NCBI GenBank assembly: GCA_046757965.1 | Contig: JBHHZI010000003.1 | Coordinates: forward strand, 795-64,794 | DNA: 64,000 nucleotides | Reading direction: 5' to 3' | Source of the DNA: Acidobacteriota bacterium | GTDB taxonomy: Bacteria > Acidobacteriota > Polarisedimenticolia > SMYD01 | In this document: piece by piece, positions 10,119-19,091 of the stretch | Layout of the letters: the number at the start of each line of letters is the position of its first letter | Position numbering within the stretch: the first letter of the stretch is position 1 | The notes under the pieces: model-generated | What the model was told of the DNA's origin: nothing | The model's input: only the letters and a program-made list of their open reading frames with translations | The model's database searches: none | Translations under genes and position numbers: made by a program

Positions 10119-12155
10119 TCACCGGCCCGCTGCGGGGTGCTCCGCGCCTGCCAGGGGTGCTCCCGGCGCCGGGGAGACCGCCGCAGACGGAATCGCCGGG
10201 GAGACCGCCGCAGACGGAATCGCCGCGGAGACCGATCCCAGGGACGGCAACTTGGCGACCTTGACGCTGCTTCCCTTCTGCTTCAGAACCGGCAGCGGCA
10301 CGGCCTTGCCTCCCGCGTAGATCGGATGACGGCCCTTGGTCTTGAACCAGTCCACCGTGGAGGCCGTCTGGAAGAGTTCCTCCACGATCTGACGCCAGCC
10401 GACACCGGTGTTGTAGGCGCAGAAGCTGACCTCGCCAACCTGTGTCCCATAGGGAATGATGCACATCTCGGTGCGGCGGAAGTCGTAGTTGAAGAGGTCC
10501 TGGAACCACATTCCGGCGACCATGATGACTCGCCATTCGTAGCGGAAGGTCTCCGCAACACCCATCTTGCGTCCCAGGTGCCCGTCGATCGCCTTGAACA
10601 GGTCCCGGAAGCGCAACGATGAGGGCGCCTCCTTCCACCTGAAGTTTCTCAGCATGGCCGCCGCGAACTGAGCCGTGGTGGCCTTCTTCCCCCGCGCTGC
10701 ATCGTTGATGGCCTTGACATCCTCGAGGAGCTGATCCACGTTGAGAATCTGCGGGATCGGCACCCATTCCTTCGTCCTCTCGTTGATGAGAAGCATCGTG
10801 CCGATGCCACAGTTCGGGTGGCATCCACACTTCATCGATCCCCAGTCCGCGTCAGGTCCGGAGAGGAGGTCCTTGAGGTCCGAGAATGGCCCGGAAGCCG
10901 ACAGCGGGAACCAGTCCCGCATCGGATCCAGCTTGCCGAGCTGAGTCTGCATGTCGCGCGCCAGGTGCGACAGCGTGTAGCGCTGGCGCTTCCGGGTCTC
11001 GTCATCGATCTCCTCATCCCGCCCGGTGAACGAGACGGGCTGGAAGGCGACCGCGTTGACCTTGTGGAGATTGTCGATCATGAACCGCACGATGTCGCCA
11101 ACCTGATGATTGTTGATGGTGTTGACGATGGTCGTGACCAGTGTCACGTCGATCCCCGCCGCGTGTAGATTGTCGATGGCCTGCTGCTTCACATCGAAGA
11201 GATTGCCAACGCCCCGGTGTGCATGGTTCTCGTTGTTCACGCCGTCGAACTGGAGATAGGCGAGTCTGAGCCCGGCCTTGGCCGCTGCTGTCGCGAAGTC
11301 GCGATCCTGGGCGAACCGGATGCCGTTGGTGGCCGCCTGCACCGAGTCGTACCCCACCTCGCGGGCGTAGGCCACGGCGCGCAGGAAATGGGGTGAGATG
11401 GACGGCTCACCGCCGGAGAACTGCACCGACATCTGGCGCCTTGGCTTGACATTGATGGAGTTGTCGAGAATCTCCTTGATCTCCGACCAGTCGAGCTCGT
11501 GCACGTATCCGACCTGATTCGCATCCATGAAGCATGGATTGCACATCATGTTGCACCGGTTGGTCAGGTCGACCGTCAGGACCGCTCCGCGCCCGTACTT
11601 GATGGTGGACGTCCCGTGATCGTGTATATCGTCCGGGACCATCCGGAAGTCCCTGCCCGGAAAGAGCTTCTCCATGCGATCCAGGAACTTCGCGTCGATG
11701 GCCATGAGATCCTCGTAATGGCCGTGCTTGGGACAGTCCTTCACCATCCAGATCTCGTCGCCACGTTGCACGATCTGCGCCTTGATCTCGCCGGGGTTGC
11801 CGTCGATCAGGACGCGGTAGTCCACCTCGCGAGAGAGAATGGCCTCCCGCGTCTCCACCACACACCCCGGGCACAGGGAATCGGTCTGCCGGGGAAAACC
11901 GAGGATGGGCGACGTCTTGTCCGACGATTTCATCAGCGGAGCAGGCGCCCACCCTGGCTGGAAGGCGCGCGAGGCGGCCACACGGTCCACCGTGCGGAAC
12001 CCCTTCCATGCGACATTTGCCAGCGACGTCAGACCTTGTCCGAACACCGTCGACATTCTCTCCATTTCATCGCCTCCTGCGGATAACGGATTCATCGACG
12101 ACCCGACGAGTTCGGGGATGGCATCGGACGTCGGGTGAAGGAACTCGCCTGGCAT
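10119..12155 (-). CDS. large radical SAM enzyme with N-terminal Cys2-Cys-His zinc-ribbon-like motif and C-terminal Cys-rich auxiliary-cluster region; candidate tetraether / membrane-spanning lipid synthase-like
   Basis: CNMMCNPC is a CxxxCxxC radical SAM motif, and SGGEPS is the glycine-rich SAM-binding motif. Upstream there is LCPGC...CPKH. The C-terminal region has CGCHPNCG plus further Cys residues. The true start is uncertain; M21, M31 and M34 are alternatives. Confidence 0.7.
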   Translation of the reverse strand: MPGEFLHPTSDAIPELVGSSMNPLSAGGDEMERMSTVFGQGLTSLANVAWKGFRTVDRVAASRAFQPGWAPAPLMKSSDKTSPILGFPRQTDSLCPGCVVETREAILSREVDYRVLIDGNPGEIKAQIVQRGDEIWMVKDCPKHGHYEDLMAIDAKFLDRMEKLFPGRDFRMVPDDIHDHGTSTIKYGRGAVLTVDLTNRCNMMCNPCFMDANQVGYVHELDWSEIKEILDNSINVKPRRQMSVQFSGGEPSISPHFLRAVAYAREVGYDSVQAATNGIRFAQDRDFATAAAKAGLRLAYLQFDGVNNENHAHRGVGNLFDVKQQAIDNLHAAGIDVTLVTTIVNTINNHQVGDIVRFMIDNLHKVNAVAFQPVSFTGRDEEIDDETRKRQRYTLSHLARDMQTQLGKLDPMRDWFPLSASGPFSDLKDLLSGPDADWGSMKCGCHPNCGIGTMLLINERTKEWVPIPQILNVDQLLEDVKAINDAARGKKATTAQFAAAMLRNFRWKEAPSSLRFRDLFKAIDGHLGRKMGVAETFRYEWRVIMVAGMWFQDLFNYDFRRTEMCIIPYGTQVGEVSFCAYNTGVGWRQIVEELFQTASTVDWFKTKGRHPIYAGGKAVPLPVLKQKGSSVKVAKLPSLGSVSAAIPSAAVSPAIPSAAVSPAPGAPLAGAEHPAAGR
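10171..10234. repeat. 27-nt tandem repeat (GGGGAGACCGCCGCAGACGGAATCGCC), 2 perfect copies plus a partial third, in frame within the C-terminal tail of the radical SAM gene
   Basis: Read directly from the sequence. It encodes SAAIPSAAV / SPAIPSAAV. Confidence 0.75.
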
Positions 12156-12234
12156 TCACGGGCGGATGCGGACTCAGCACCGGCGCCAACACCAGAACCG
12201 GCGTCACGTTACCCGATCTCGTCAATAGTGGCAA

Positions 12235-15200
12235 TCAGTTGAACAAGGTATCCGGGCCCGCCCGGGGGTCGCCCTCCAGGACTCGCATGAGCGCGGGTTC
12301 GCGGTGCTGGCGCGGACCTGAAGTGGCCGCCAGCAACGCCTTACGCAGCGCAGGATCCCGGGCGCAGAGGCCGTCGACATACACGCGGGCCGCCGCCTCA
12401 CCGTCCCCGGAGAGCAGATCCGCCGCCCCCCGGATCAGGCTGGGAACGATCCCCGACCTGAGCGCGGCGGCCCGGTCCAGCAGCGCGCGACCTCGCCGCG
12501 CATCACCCGGCCCGGCCAGGAGCAGTCGCCCGAGACGCTCGCGCGCCGCGACCCCTCCGGCACTGCGCTCGGACGTGGCATCGAGACCGGCCACATACAC
12601 CTCCAGCCAGGGACGTGCCTCGTGGGCACGCCCGAGTGCCGACAAGGCCCGGGCGATGTCGACCTCGATGGGCTCCGGCGGGCGAGCCGGCATCTGCGCG
12701 GCCCGTGTGAGGTCGGCAAGAGCTGCCTCGGGATCGCCCCCGGCCAGGCGCACCTGGCCCACGCCCATCAGCACCAGTGGCGTGTCGCCCAGCACCTGGC
12801 GAGCCTTCTCCCAGGCGCGTAGAGCCTCTCCATCCCGACCCAGGGCCTGCAGCGTCGATGCCCGGGCCATTAGGGAGGGGGCGTGCGCCGGATCGATCGC
12901 CAGCGCCCGGGTGTAGTGCGCCAGCGCAGCCGCGCGATCGTTGTGCAGCCGGCGTTGATTGCCGAGAACCCACCGGGCATCCGCATCGGGACCGTCGCGC
13001 AGCCGCCGGGCCGCCAGCGACGCGCCGGCGTCTACGGCACCCTGCCGGGCACACGAGACCGCCAGTGCCCGCAGGTCGTCCGGGGAGAGCCCCATCTGCG
13101 GGGCAAGCATGCCGGCCGCCCCGGCAGAGGCCGCGGTCAGCCGTGTCAGGACAGAGCGACCGGCGTTTTGCCCCATGGTCCGTGGCCCGCGGAACTCGAT
13201 CGAGGCGTTGTCGTCGGTGTTCCACGGGCCAGGAGGCACGGCCCCCGCCACGGCAGCCGGCTCCGCCACCAGGAGATCCATCACACTGCAGGGGCCCGGA
13301 ATCGATGCGCGCAGCAGATCCCGCCGGATTGTCGGCACCTGCCACGCCTGCTCGAGCCGGTGGGGGTTCCACCGGATCGGCTCGTCGGAGGCGAGGAGGA
13401 GCAGGTCCGACGGAACATCGGAACGAAACACCGCCACCTCGGGGAAGACCGACCGGAGCGTCCTCAGCAGCATCATGACCGCCTCGTCGTCGAGATCATA
13501 GGTTTGCAACCACTGGCAGAGAACGCCGCCCGGCTTCAGCCTGGATCTCATCAACATGAACGCCTCTCGCGTGAACAGCTTCGCCGGACCGGAGAGCCAG
13601 GCAGACGATGGCTCCGAGATGATCACGTCGAAGCGATGCCGTGTGCGTGCGAGGTAGGCGCGAGCATCGTCGATGAGAAGGGTCGTCCGGCGGTCGTCGA
13701 GGGGGTGTCCGTTGACCGACCGGAACCGCTCATACGCTTCCCGCATCGCCTCCTCGATCTCGACCACGACGAGCGAGGCAACCGGCTGGGTCAGCACGGA
13801 TCCGGCGGTGACACCCGAGGCCAGGCCGATGATCAGCACATCCTCCCCTCTCGCCGGCACCGGACCGGAGCCGCCGAGAAGCAGCGGCAGCTGCCCCGAC
13901 ATCACCTGGGTCGCCATGTCTCCGACGCTGCTCGCATCGACCTTCCCGCCTGCGGTGATGAATCGGTTCCGGCTGCCGTCAGCCGCGACGGGCTCCTCAT
14001 GCACCGCCACTGTCTCGGTGACGCCATCGCGGTAATAGAGAAGCGTCGTCAAGCGCCCCGCCGCGAGATCCGCCAGCGCCTGTCGCACGTCCACGTCGCC
14101 CTGCTGGATGTCGGCGCTCCAGAACGCGACACTCATGGACATCACGGTCCGGTTCCAGCCAGGCGTAGCCACCCACCAGATCAGACTGCCCACCACAGCC
14201 ACGACCGGAACGAGCCACCGGTCGGCGGAGGGACCAGGCACGCTCCTGTGCAGGGCCAGCCCGGCGGCAGCGACCAGTGCACCTCCCGCCGCCACCGCCA
14301 CGGCCCCGGGCAGCGTCAGTTGCGGGATGAGGACCAGGGCGGCGAGGAACGCCCCGAGAACGGCCCCCACCGTGTTGCCAGCGTAGAGGGCACCCACCTG
14401 ATACGCCGTCCCGGTACGCCGATCGCCCGTGGCGAGGCGCACGACCAGCGGGAATCCGGCACCCAGCAACAGCGTGGCCGGCACCATGATGGCCGCCGCA
14501 AGCCACGCGGCACCGCCGATCGCCGGGCGTCCTCCGGACACCATCAGCTGATCCAGATAGAGCCCGGGCAGCCGGCCGTAGAGGCCCTGTCCCAGCAGGA
14601 TGACCCCGCCCAGGAGGAGAAAGCACCAGGCCAGCGCCCGGCGCGGCGACCCGACCCAATCACCCACCGCCGCGCCGGCCACACCGCCGAGTCCGAGACC
14701 GGCGAGGAACACCACCAGGATGAGTGCGAACGCATACGCCGACGAGCCGAACACCAGGGCCAGGATGCGTGTCCAGGCCACCTGCAAGGTGAAGGCGATG
14801 AAGCCGCTCGCCGCATAGGCCACCACCGCGGCCACCGGCGCGGGCACAGCGTTCACGGCACCGGGTGGCTCGACCGGTGTGCCACCGCCCACCGCACGCG
14901 CCGGCCCCCACCGTACGAGCAGGGCGATCAGGCCGAGACCCATGCTCCCCACCGCGGCGGCACGCAGTGTGTTCGACAGGCCATAGGTGGGCAACAGGAA
15001 GAAGCCGGCCGCACCGGCGCCGATCACCGCTCCCAGCGTGTTGAGTCCGTAGAGCAGCCCGACGAAGGTTCCGGGTCGCCGTTGCCACGATTCCACCAGT
15101 CGCGCCAGGACCGGCAGCGTCCCCCCCATCGCCATGGTTGCCGGCACGAGGGTCAACCCGACCAGAATGAAGCGCAGCGGGCGCGCCGTGCCCCCTCCTG

Positions 15201-15528
15201 CCTCCGGACCCAGGACCAGGCTGGAGAGTGTGGCGGCGACGTCGATGAGCCACGGCACCGCCAGCGCGTAGATGCCGATGAAGATCTCCAGCAGGCCGTA
15301 GACCCGTACGGGATGCCAGCGGGCCACGCTCCCCCGGCTGAACAACCACGCCCCACCGCCGAGACCGGTCATGAACGCTGCCGTGACCGTGGCGACGCAC
15401 AGACCCGTTCCGCCGAGGCGCAGGAACAGGAGACGGAACCAGACCAGCTCGTCGACCAGTCCCATCGCCCCGGAGGCCAGGAACAGCCCACCGAGCAGCG
15501 CGGCAAGGATGCCTCTCCGTGGCGTCAC
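12235..15528 (-). CDS. fusion protein: polytopic (MFS-like) membrane domain, spermidine synthase-like class I methyltransferase fold, and C-terminal TPR repeats
   Basis: ~500 aa of TM helices; then VLIIGLASGVTAG...DVIISEPSSAW (aminopropyltransferase-like); then TPR-like ALAHYTRALAIDPAH repeats. Confidence 0.65.
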   Translation of the reverse strand: MTPRRGILAALLGGLFLASGAMGLVDELVWFRLLFLRLGGTGLCVATVTAAFMTGLGGGAWLFSRGSVARWHPVRVYGLLEIFIGIYALAVPWLIDVAATLSSLVLGPEAGGGTARPLRFILVGLTLVPATMAMGGTLPVLARLVESWQRRPGTFVGLLYGLNTLGAVIGAGAAGFFLLPTYGLSNTLRAAAVGSMGLGLIALLVRWGPARAVGGGTPVEPPGAVNAVPAPVAAVVAYAASGFIAFTLQVAWTRILALVFGSSAYAFALILVVFLAGLGLGGVAGAAVGDWVGSPRRALAWCFLLLGGVILLGQGLYGRLPGLYLDQLMVSGGRPAIGGAAWLAAAIMVPATLLLGAGFPLVVRLATGDRRTGTAYQVGALYAGNTVGAVLGAFLAALVLIPQLTLPGAVAVAAGGALVAAAGLALHRSVPGPSADRWLVPVVAVVGSLIWWVATPGWNRTVMSMSVAFWSADIQQGDVDVRQALADLAAGRLTTLLYYRDGVTETVAVHEEPVAADGSRNRFITAGGKVDASSVGDMATQVMSGQLPLLLGGSGPVPARGEDVLIIGLASGVTAGSVLTQPVASLVVVEIEEAMREAYERFRSVNGHPLDDRRTTLLIDDARAYLARTRHRFDVIISEPSSAWLSGPAKLFTREAFMLMRSRLKPGGVLCQWLQTYDLDDEAVMMLLRTLRSVFPEVAVFRSDVPSDLLLLASDEPIRWNPHRLEQAWQVPTIRRDLLRASIPGPCSVMDLLVAEPAAVAGAVPPGPWNTDDNASIEFRGPRTMGQNAGRSVLTRLTAASAGAAGMLAPQMGLSPDDLRALAVSCARQGAVDAGASLAARRLRDGPDADARWVLGNQRRLHNDRAAALAHYTRALAIDPAHAPSLMARASTLQALGRDGEALRAWEKARQVLGDTPLVLMGVGQVRLAGGDPEAALADLTRAAQMPARPPEPIEVDIARALSALGRAHEARPWLEVYVAGLDATSERSAGGVAARERLGRLLLAGPGDARRGRALLDRAAALRSGIVPSLIRGAADLLSGDGEAAARVYVDGLCARDPALRKALLAATSGPRQHREPALMRVLEGDPRAGPDTLFN

Positions 15529-15604
15529 CGGTCGTGGAACCTGGACGGCGCCCTCCTGCGGGAGGGTGCCCGCGGCAACCGACCTCTTCCCGTGGGGTGG
15601 CCGG

Positions 15605-16477
15605 TCACGGCCGGTCCCAGATGCGCGCCGCGTTGTCGTGGAGAATGGCCGCCGACGCCTCTGGCGACAGATCGAGGTCGCGGAATGCCTTGATGTTCAC
15701 CGCAGGCTCCGGAACACCCGGACCGGGCCAGTCGGTGCCGAACACCGCCTTCGCCGCCAGCTTCTCCAGCCGTGGGATCACACGAGGCAGCCGGTGCGGG
15801 GGGATGCCGGAGAGTTCCAGGTGGACGTTGGGATGACGCCGGGCGAGGAAGAAGCAGACCTCGTACCAGAGCGGCCGGCCTGCATGGGCCAGCAGGATGG
15901 TGAGGTCCGGATAATCGACGGCGACATCGTCGATACCCATCGGATCTCCGAACACGCTCCTCGCGCCTGGAAAGACGGAAGTTCCGGTGTGAATGGTCAC
16001 GGGCATCTTCAGGTCCTGCGCCGCGCGGTAGATCTCCGCCAGCGCCGGCACCGGGCCGGACATGCCGGCTCCATCCCGGTACCCGTTCGCCGCCACGAGC
16101 TGATGGGGCGGATGAATCTTCAGAGCGCGGATGCCGAGATCGCGCAGCCGCCGCACATCGCCTGCCGGATCGGTGGTAAAACGGGGGTGCACGGAACCAA
16201 AGGCCAGCAGGCGGCCCGGGTCCTCGGCGCAGAAGCGGGCCGAGAATCGGTTGACCTCGTCGGTGAAGCCCATCAGGTCCGGACTGGTGTAGTTGATGAT
16301 CCCGGCGCGCTCGACGCCGGCGGCGTCGAGACGGCGCAGAAAGGCCTGGGGGTCCTGTGAGAGAGCGATGAGATCATCGAAATCCGGCCGCCCCCGTCGC
16401 ATGGCAGCCAGGACCGGCGGCTTCATTGCCGTGTACGGCTGGACGTGAACGTGTAGATCGATGACACCGGCCGCCAT
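15605..16477 (-). CDS. amidohydrolase-family metal-dependent hydrolase (TIM barrel)
   Basis: N-terminal IDLHVHV, and later HxH / LAHAG / D residues typical of the amidohydrolase-2 family. Confidence 0.55.
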   Translation of the reverse strand: MAAGVIDLHVHVQPYTAMKPPVLAAMRRGRPDFDDLIALSQDPQAFLRRLDAAGVERAGIINYTSPDLMGFTDEVNRFSARFCAEDPGRLLAFGSVHPRFTTDPAGDVRRLRDLGIRALKIHPPHQLVAANGYRDGAGMSGPVPALAEIYRAAQDLKMPVTIHTGTSVFPGARSVFGDPMGIDDVAVDYPDLTILLAHAGRPLWYEVCFFLARRHPNVHLELSGIPPHRLPRVIPRLEKLAAKAVFGTDWPGPGVPEPAVNIKAFRDLDLSPEASAAILHDNAARIWDRP

Positions 16478-17409
16478 CAGTCCACCGGCCGCGGCCCGTC
16501 ATCCGTCCAGCGGTAGAAACCTTCTCCCGTCTTCTTGCCGAGGTGCCCCGCTCGCACCTTGTCCCGCAGGATCGCCGGCGGTCTGAATCGCACCTCATCC
16601 AGCTCCCTCGCCAGCGTCTCGCTGATGCCCAGCCGGACGTCGAGACCGACGAGATCACTGAGCTTCAACGGACCCATCGGGTGGTTGTAACCCAGTTCCA
16701 TGGCCCGGTCGATGTCCGCGACCGATGCGACGCCGGACTCGACCATCCGCATGGCCTCCAGGCCGATGATCAGCCCGAGACGCGACGTGGCGAAACCCGG
16801 CGAATCACGCACCACGATGGCCTCCTTGCCGAAACGCGCCACCAGCGCGCAGGCGGTGTCGGTCGTGGCGGCGGACGTCTGCTCGGCCACCACGATTTCC
16901 ACGAGCCGCATGCGGTGAGGTGGATTGAAGAAATGAAGTCCGATGAACCGTTCCGGCGCGGGAACCGCACGGCTCATCGAGGACAGCGGCAGAGACGACG
17001 TGTTGGTCGCCACCAGCGCGGTGTCACCGACGAGTCCGCCGACCTCACTCAGGACGCGAATCTTCAGATCGAGGTCCTCCGGAACCGCCTCGATGATGAG
17101 GTCGGCACCGGGCACCCGCTCGGCAGGCTCGGTCCCGCCGCGCAGCCGTGACAGTGTGTCCCGGCGCTGGGCGTCGGTCACCTTCCCGAGTTCGACGCCG
17201 CGGGCGAGATGCGCCTCGACGCGGGCGAGCCCGGCCTGGACGGCCCCGGGATCGACATCCAGCAGAAAGACCTGGCAACCGGCGGCGGCAGCGACATGGG
17301 CGATGCCATGCCCCATCGTTCCCGCGCCGATGACAACAACGTCTCGAATCGCCTCGTCGTGCATATCGTGGCCTGGGATGGTCAGAGCATCTGGTCGAGA
17401 TGGAGACAT
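16477..17409 (-). CDS. 3-hydroxyacyl-CoA / 3-hydroxybutyryl-CoA dehydrogenase
   Basis: Rossmann VVVIGAGTMGHGIAHVAA, then the 3HCDH catalytic region SSLPLS and a C-terminal dimerisation domain. Confidence 0.8.
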   Translation of the reverse strand: MSPSRPDALTIPGHDMHDEAIRDVVVIGAGTMGHGIAHVAAAAGCQVFLLDVDPGAVQAGLARVEAHLARGVELGKVTDAQRRDTLSRLRGGTEPAERVPGADLIIEAVPEDLDLKIRVLSEVGGLVGDTALVATNTSSLPLSSMSRAVPAPERFIGLHFFNPPHRMRLVEIVVAEQTSAATTDTACALVARFGKEAIVVRDSPGFATSRLGLIIGLEAMRMVESGVASVADIDRAMELGYNHPMGPLKLSDLVGLDVRLGISETLARELDEVRFRPPAILRDKVRAGHLGKKTGEGFYRWTDDGPRPVD

Positions 17410-17609
17410 ACAGCAGTGGGAGGGTATTCTAGCCGGATCACTCCCCGCCCGTCAGACGTGGCCGGGAATGGGCCTCCCGGCCTTGCCGCGTCCGGCAGAC
17501 ATGCCGTCCACCGGCCTGCACGGACTCCGGCCTGGAGCGGCTTGTTCCTGCTTTCTGCGTGTTGGTAACATCCCGCAGTCCCCCGGACCGCATCCGACAG
17601 GAGGGAAAC

Positions 17610-19076
17610 ATGGCGTCCAGCTTGAAAGAAGCACTGCCCCCGACGCGGCTGTTCATCGGCGGCCAGTGGCGGGATGCGGCGAACTCTGGAACCTTCGACA
17701 CCATCAACCCGGCAACCGAGGAGGCCATCGTCTCGGTGGCCTCGGCGGAAACCGATGACGTCGACGCGGCCGTGCAGGCGGCCCGCGAGGCGTTTGATGC
17801 CGGCCCCTGGCCCCGTCTAGCCGCCCGGGAGAGGGGACGCATCCTGCATCGCCTCGCCGAGACGATGCGGGAGTGCGCCGATGCCTTCGCACTCTGCGAG
17901 ACGGCTGACAACGGCAAGCCGATCTTCGAGTCGCGCCATATCGACATCCCGACCGCCGCGGACGTGCTCGAGTACTACGGCGGCTGGGCGGACAAGATTC
18001 ACGGCGAGACCATCCCGGTCAGCGGCGACATCCTCAACTACACGCTCCGGGAACCGATCGGCGTGGTCGCGGCGATCGTGCCGTGGAACTTCCCCCTGCT
18101 GCTGGCCACGTGGAAGATCGGTCCGGCTCTGGTGGCGGGCAACACCATGATCATCAAACCGGCCTCCGTCACGCCGCTGACAGCCCTGAAGTTCGCCCAG
18201 ATCTGCGAGGCGGTCGACCTGCCCCCTGGCGTCCTCAATGTCATCCCCGGTCCTGGCTCGCTCGTCGGCCAGGCGCTGGTCGAGCACCCCGGCGTCGACA
18301 AGATCGCCTTCACCGGAGAGACGCGCACGGGGCAGTCGATCCTGCGCGGCTCCGCGGCCACCATCAAGCGGGTGACGGTCGAGCTGGGCGGCAAGTCCCC
18401 CAACATCGTCTTCGCCGATGCCGATCTCGCGGCCGCGGCCAAGGGGGCGCTGCTCGGCATCTTCTACGGCAAGGGCGAGGTCTGTGCCGCCGGGTCGCGC
18501 CTCCTGGTCGAACGGTCGGCCCATGAGAACATCGTCGGCGCCATGGCCAGCCGGGCCGCGCGCATGGTGCCGGGTGATCCGATGGACCCCGCGACGCGTC
18601 TCGGGGCGATCGTGTCGAGGACCCAGATGGACACGGTGCTGGGGTACATCGCCAGGGCCAAGCAGGAAGGGGCCCGGCTCGTGAACGGCGGCCGGGCCGT
18701 CCAGGTCGACGGGCGGGGTTTCTTCATCGAGCCGACGATCTTCGACGGCGTCGAGCCGGCACACACCATCGCCCGCGAGGAGATCTTCGGTCCGGTTCTG
18801 GCCACCCTCGATTTCGACGACGAGGATGCCGCCATCGCCTGCGCCAACGACACGCCCTACGGCCTGGCCGCCGGTGTCTGGACCCGTGACGTGGGCCGTG
18901 CGCACCGGGTGGCGCGGCGCCTGAAGGCGGGGACGGTCTGGGTCAACACGTACAATCGATACGACCCGGCCTCGCCTTTCGGCGGCTACAAGGCCAGCGG
19001 TTTTGGCCGGGAACTGGGCGTGCACGCCCTCGCGAGCTACACCGAGGTCAAGAGCGTCTGGGTGGATCTGACCTGA
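17610..19076 (+). CDS. NAD(P)-dependent aldehyde dehydrogenase
   Basis: ALDH-family Glu/Cys region ELGGKSP...GEVCAAGSRL. An AGGAGGG RBS sits 5 nt upstream of the ATG at 17610. Confidence 0.85.
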   Translation: MASSLKEALPPTRLFIGGQWRDAANSGTFDTINPATEEAIVSVASAETDDVDAAVQAAREAFDAGPWPRLAARERGRILHRLAETMRECADAFALCETADNGKPIFESRHIDIPTAADVLEYYGGWADKIHGETIPVSGDILNYTLREPIGVVAAIVPWNFPLLLATWKIGPALVAGNTMIIKPASVTPLTALKFAQICEAVDLPPGVLNVIPGPGSLVGQALVEHPGVDKIAFTGETRTGQSILRGSAATIKRVTVELGGKSPNIVFADADLAAAAKGALLGIFYGKGEVCAAGSRLLVERSAHENIVGAMASRAARMVPGDPMDPATRLGAIVSRTQMDTVLGYIARAKQEGARLVNGGRAVQVDGRGFFIEPTIFDGVEPAHTIAREEIFGPVLATLDFDDEDAAIACANDTPYGLAAGVWTRDVGRAHRVARRLKAGTVWVNTYNRYDPASPFGGYKASGFGRELGVHALASYTEVKSVWVDLT

Positions 19077-19091
19077 CGGGACCCCGGCGGT

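Noticed and set aside
12883-15693. 936-aa plus-strand ORF
   Set aside because: Antisense to the membrane-spermidine-synthase fusion. Extreme Arg/Gly/His bias.
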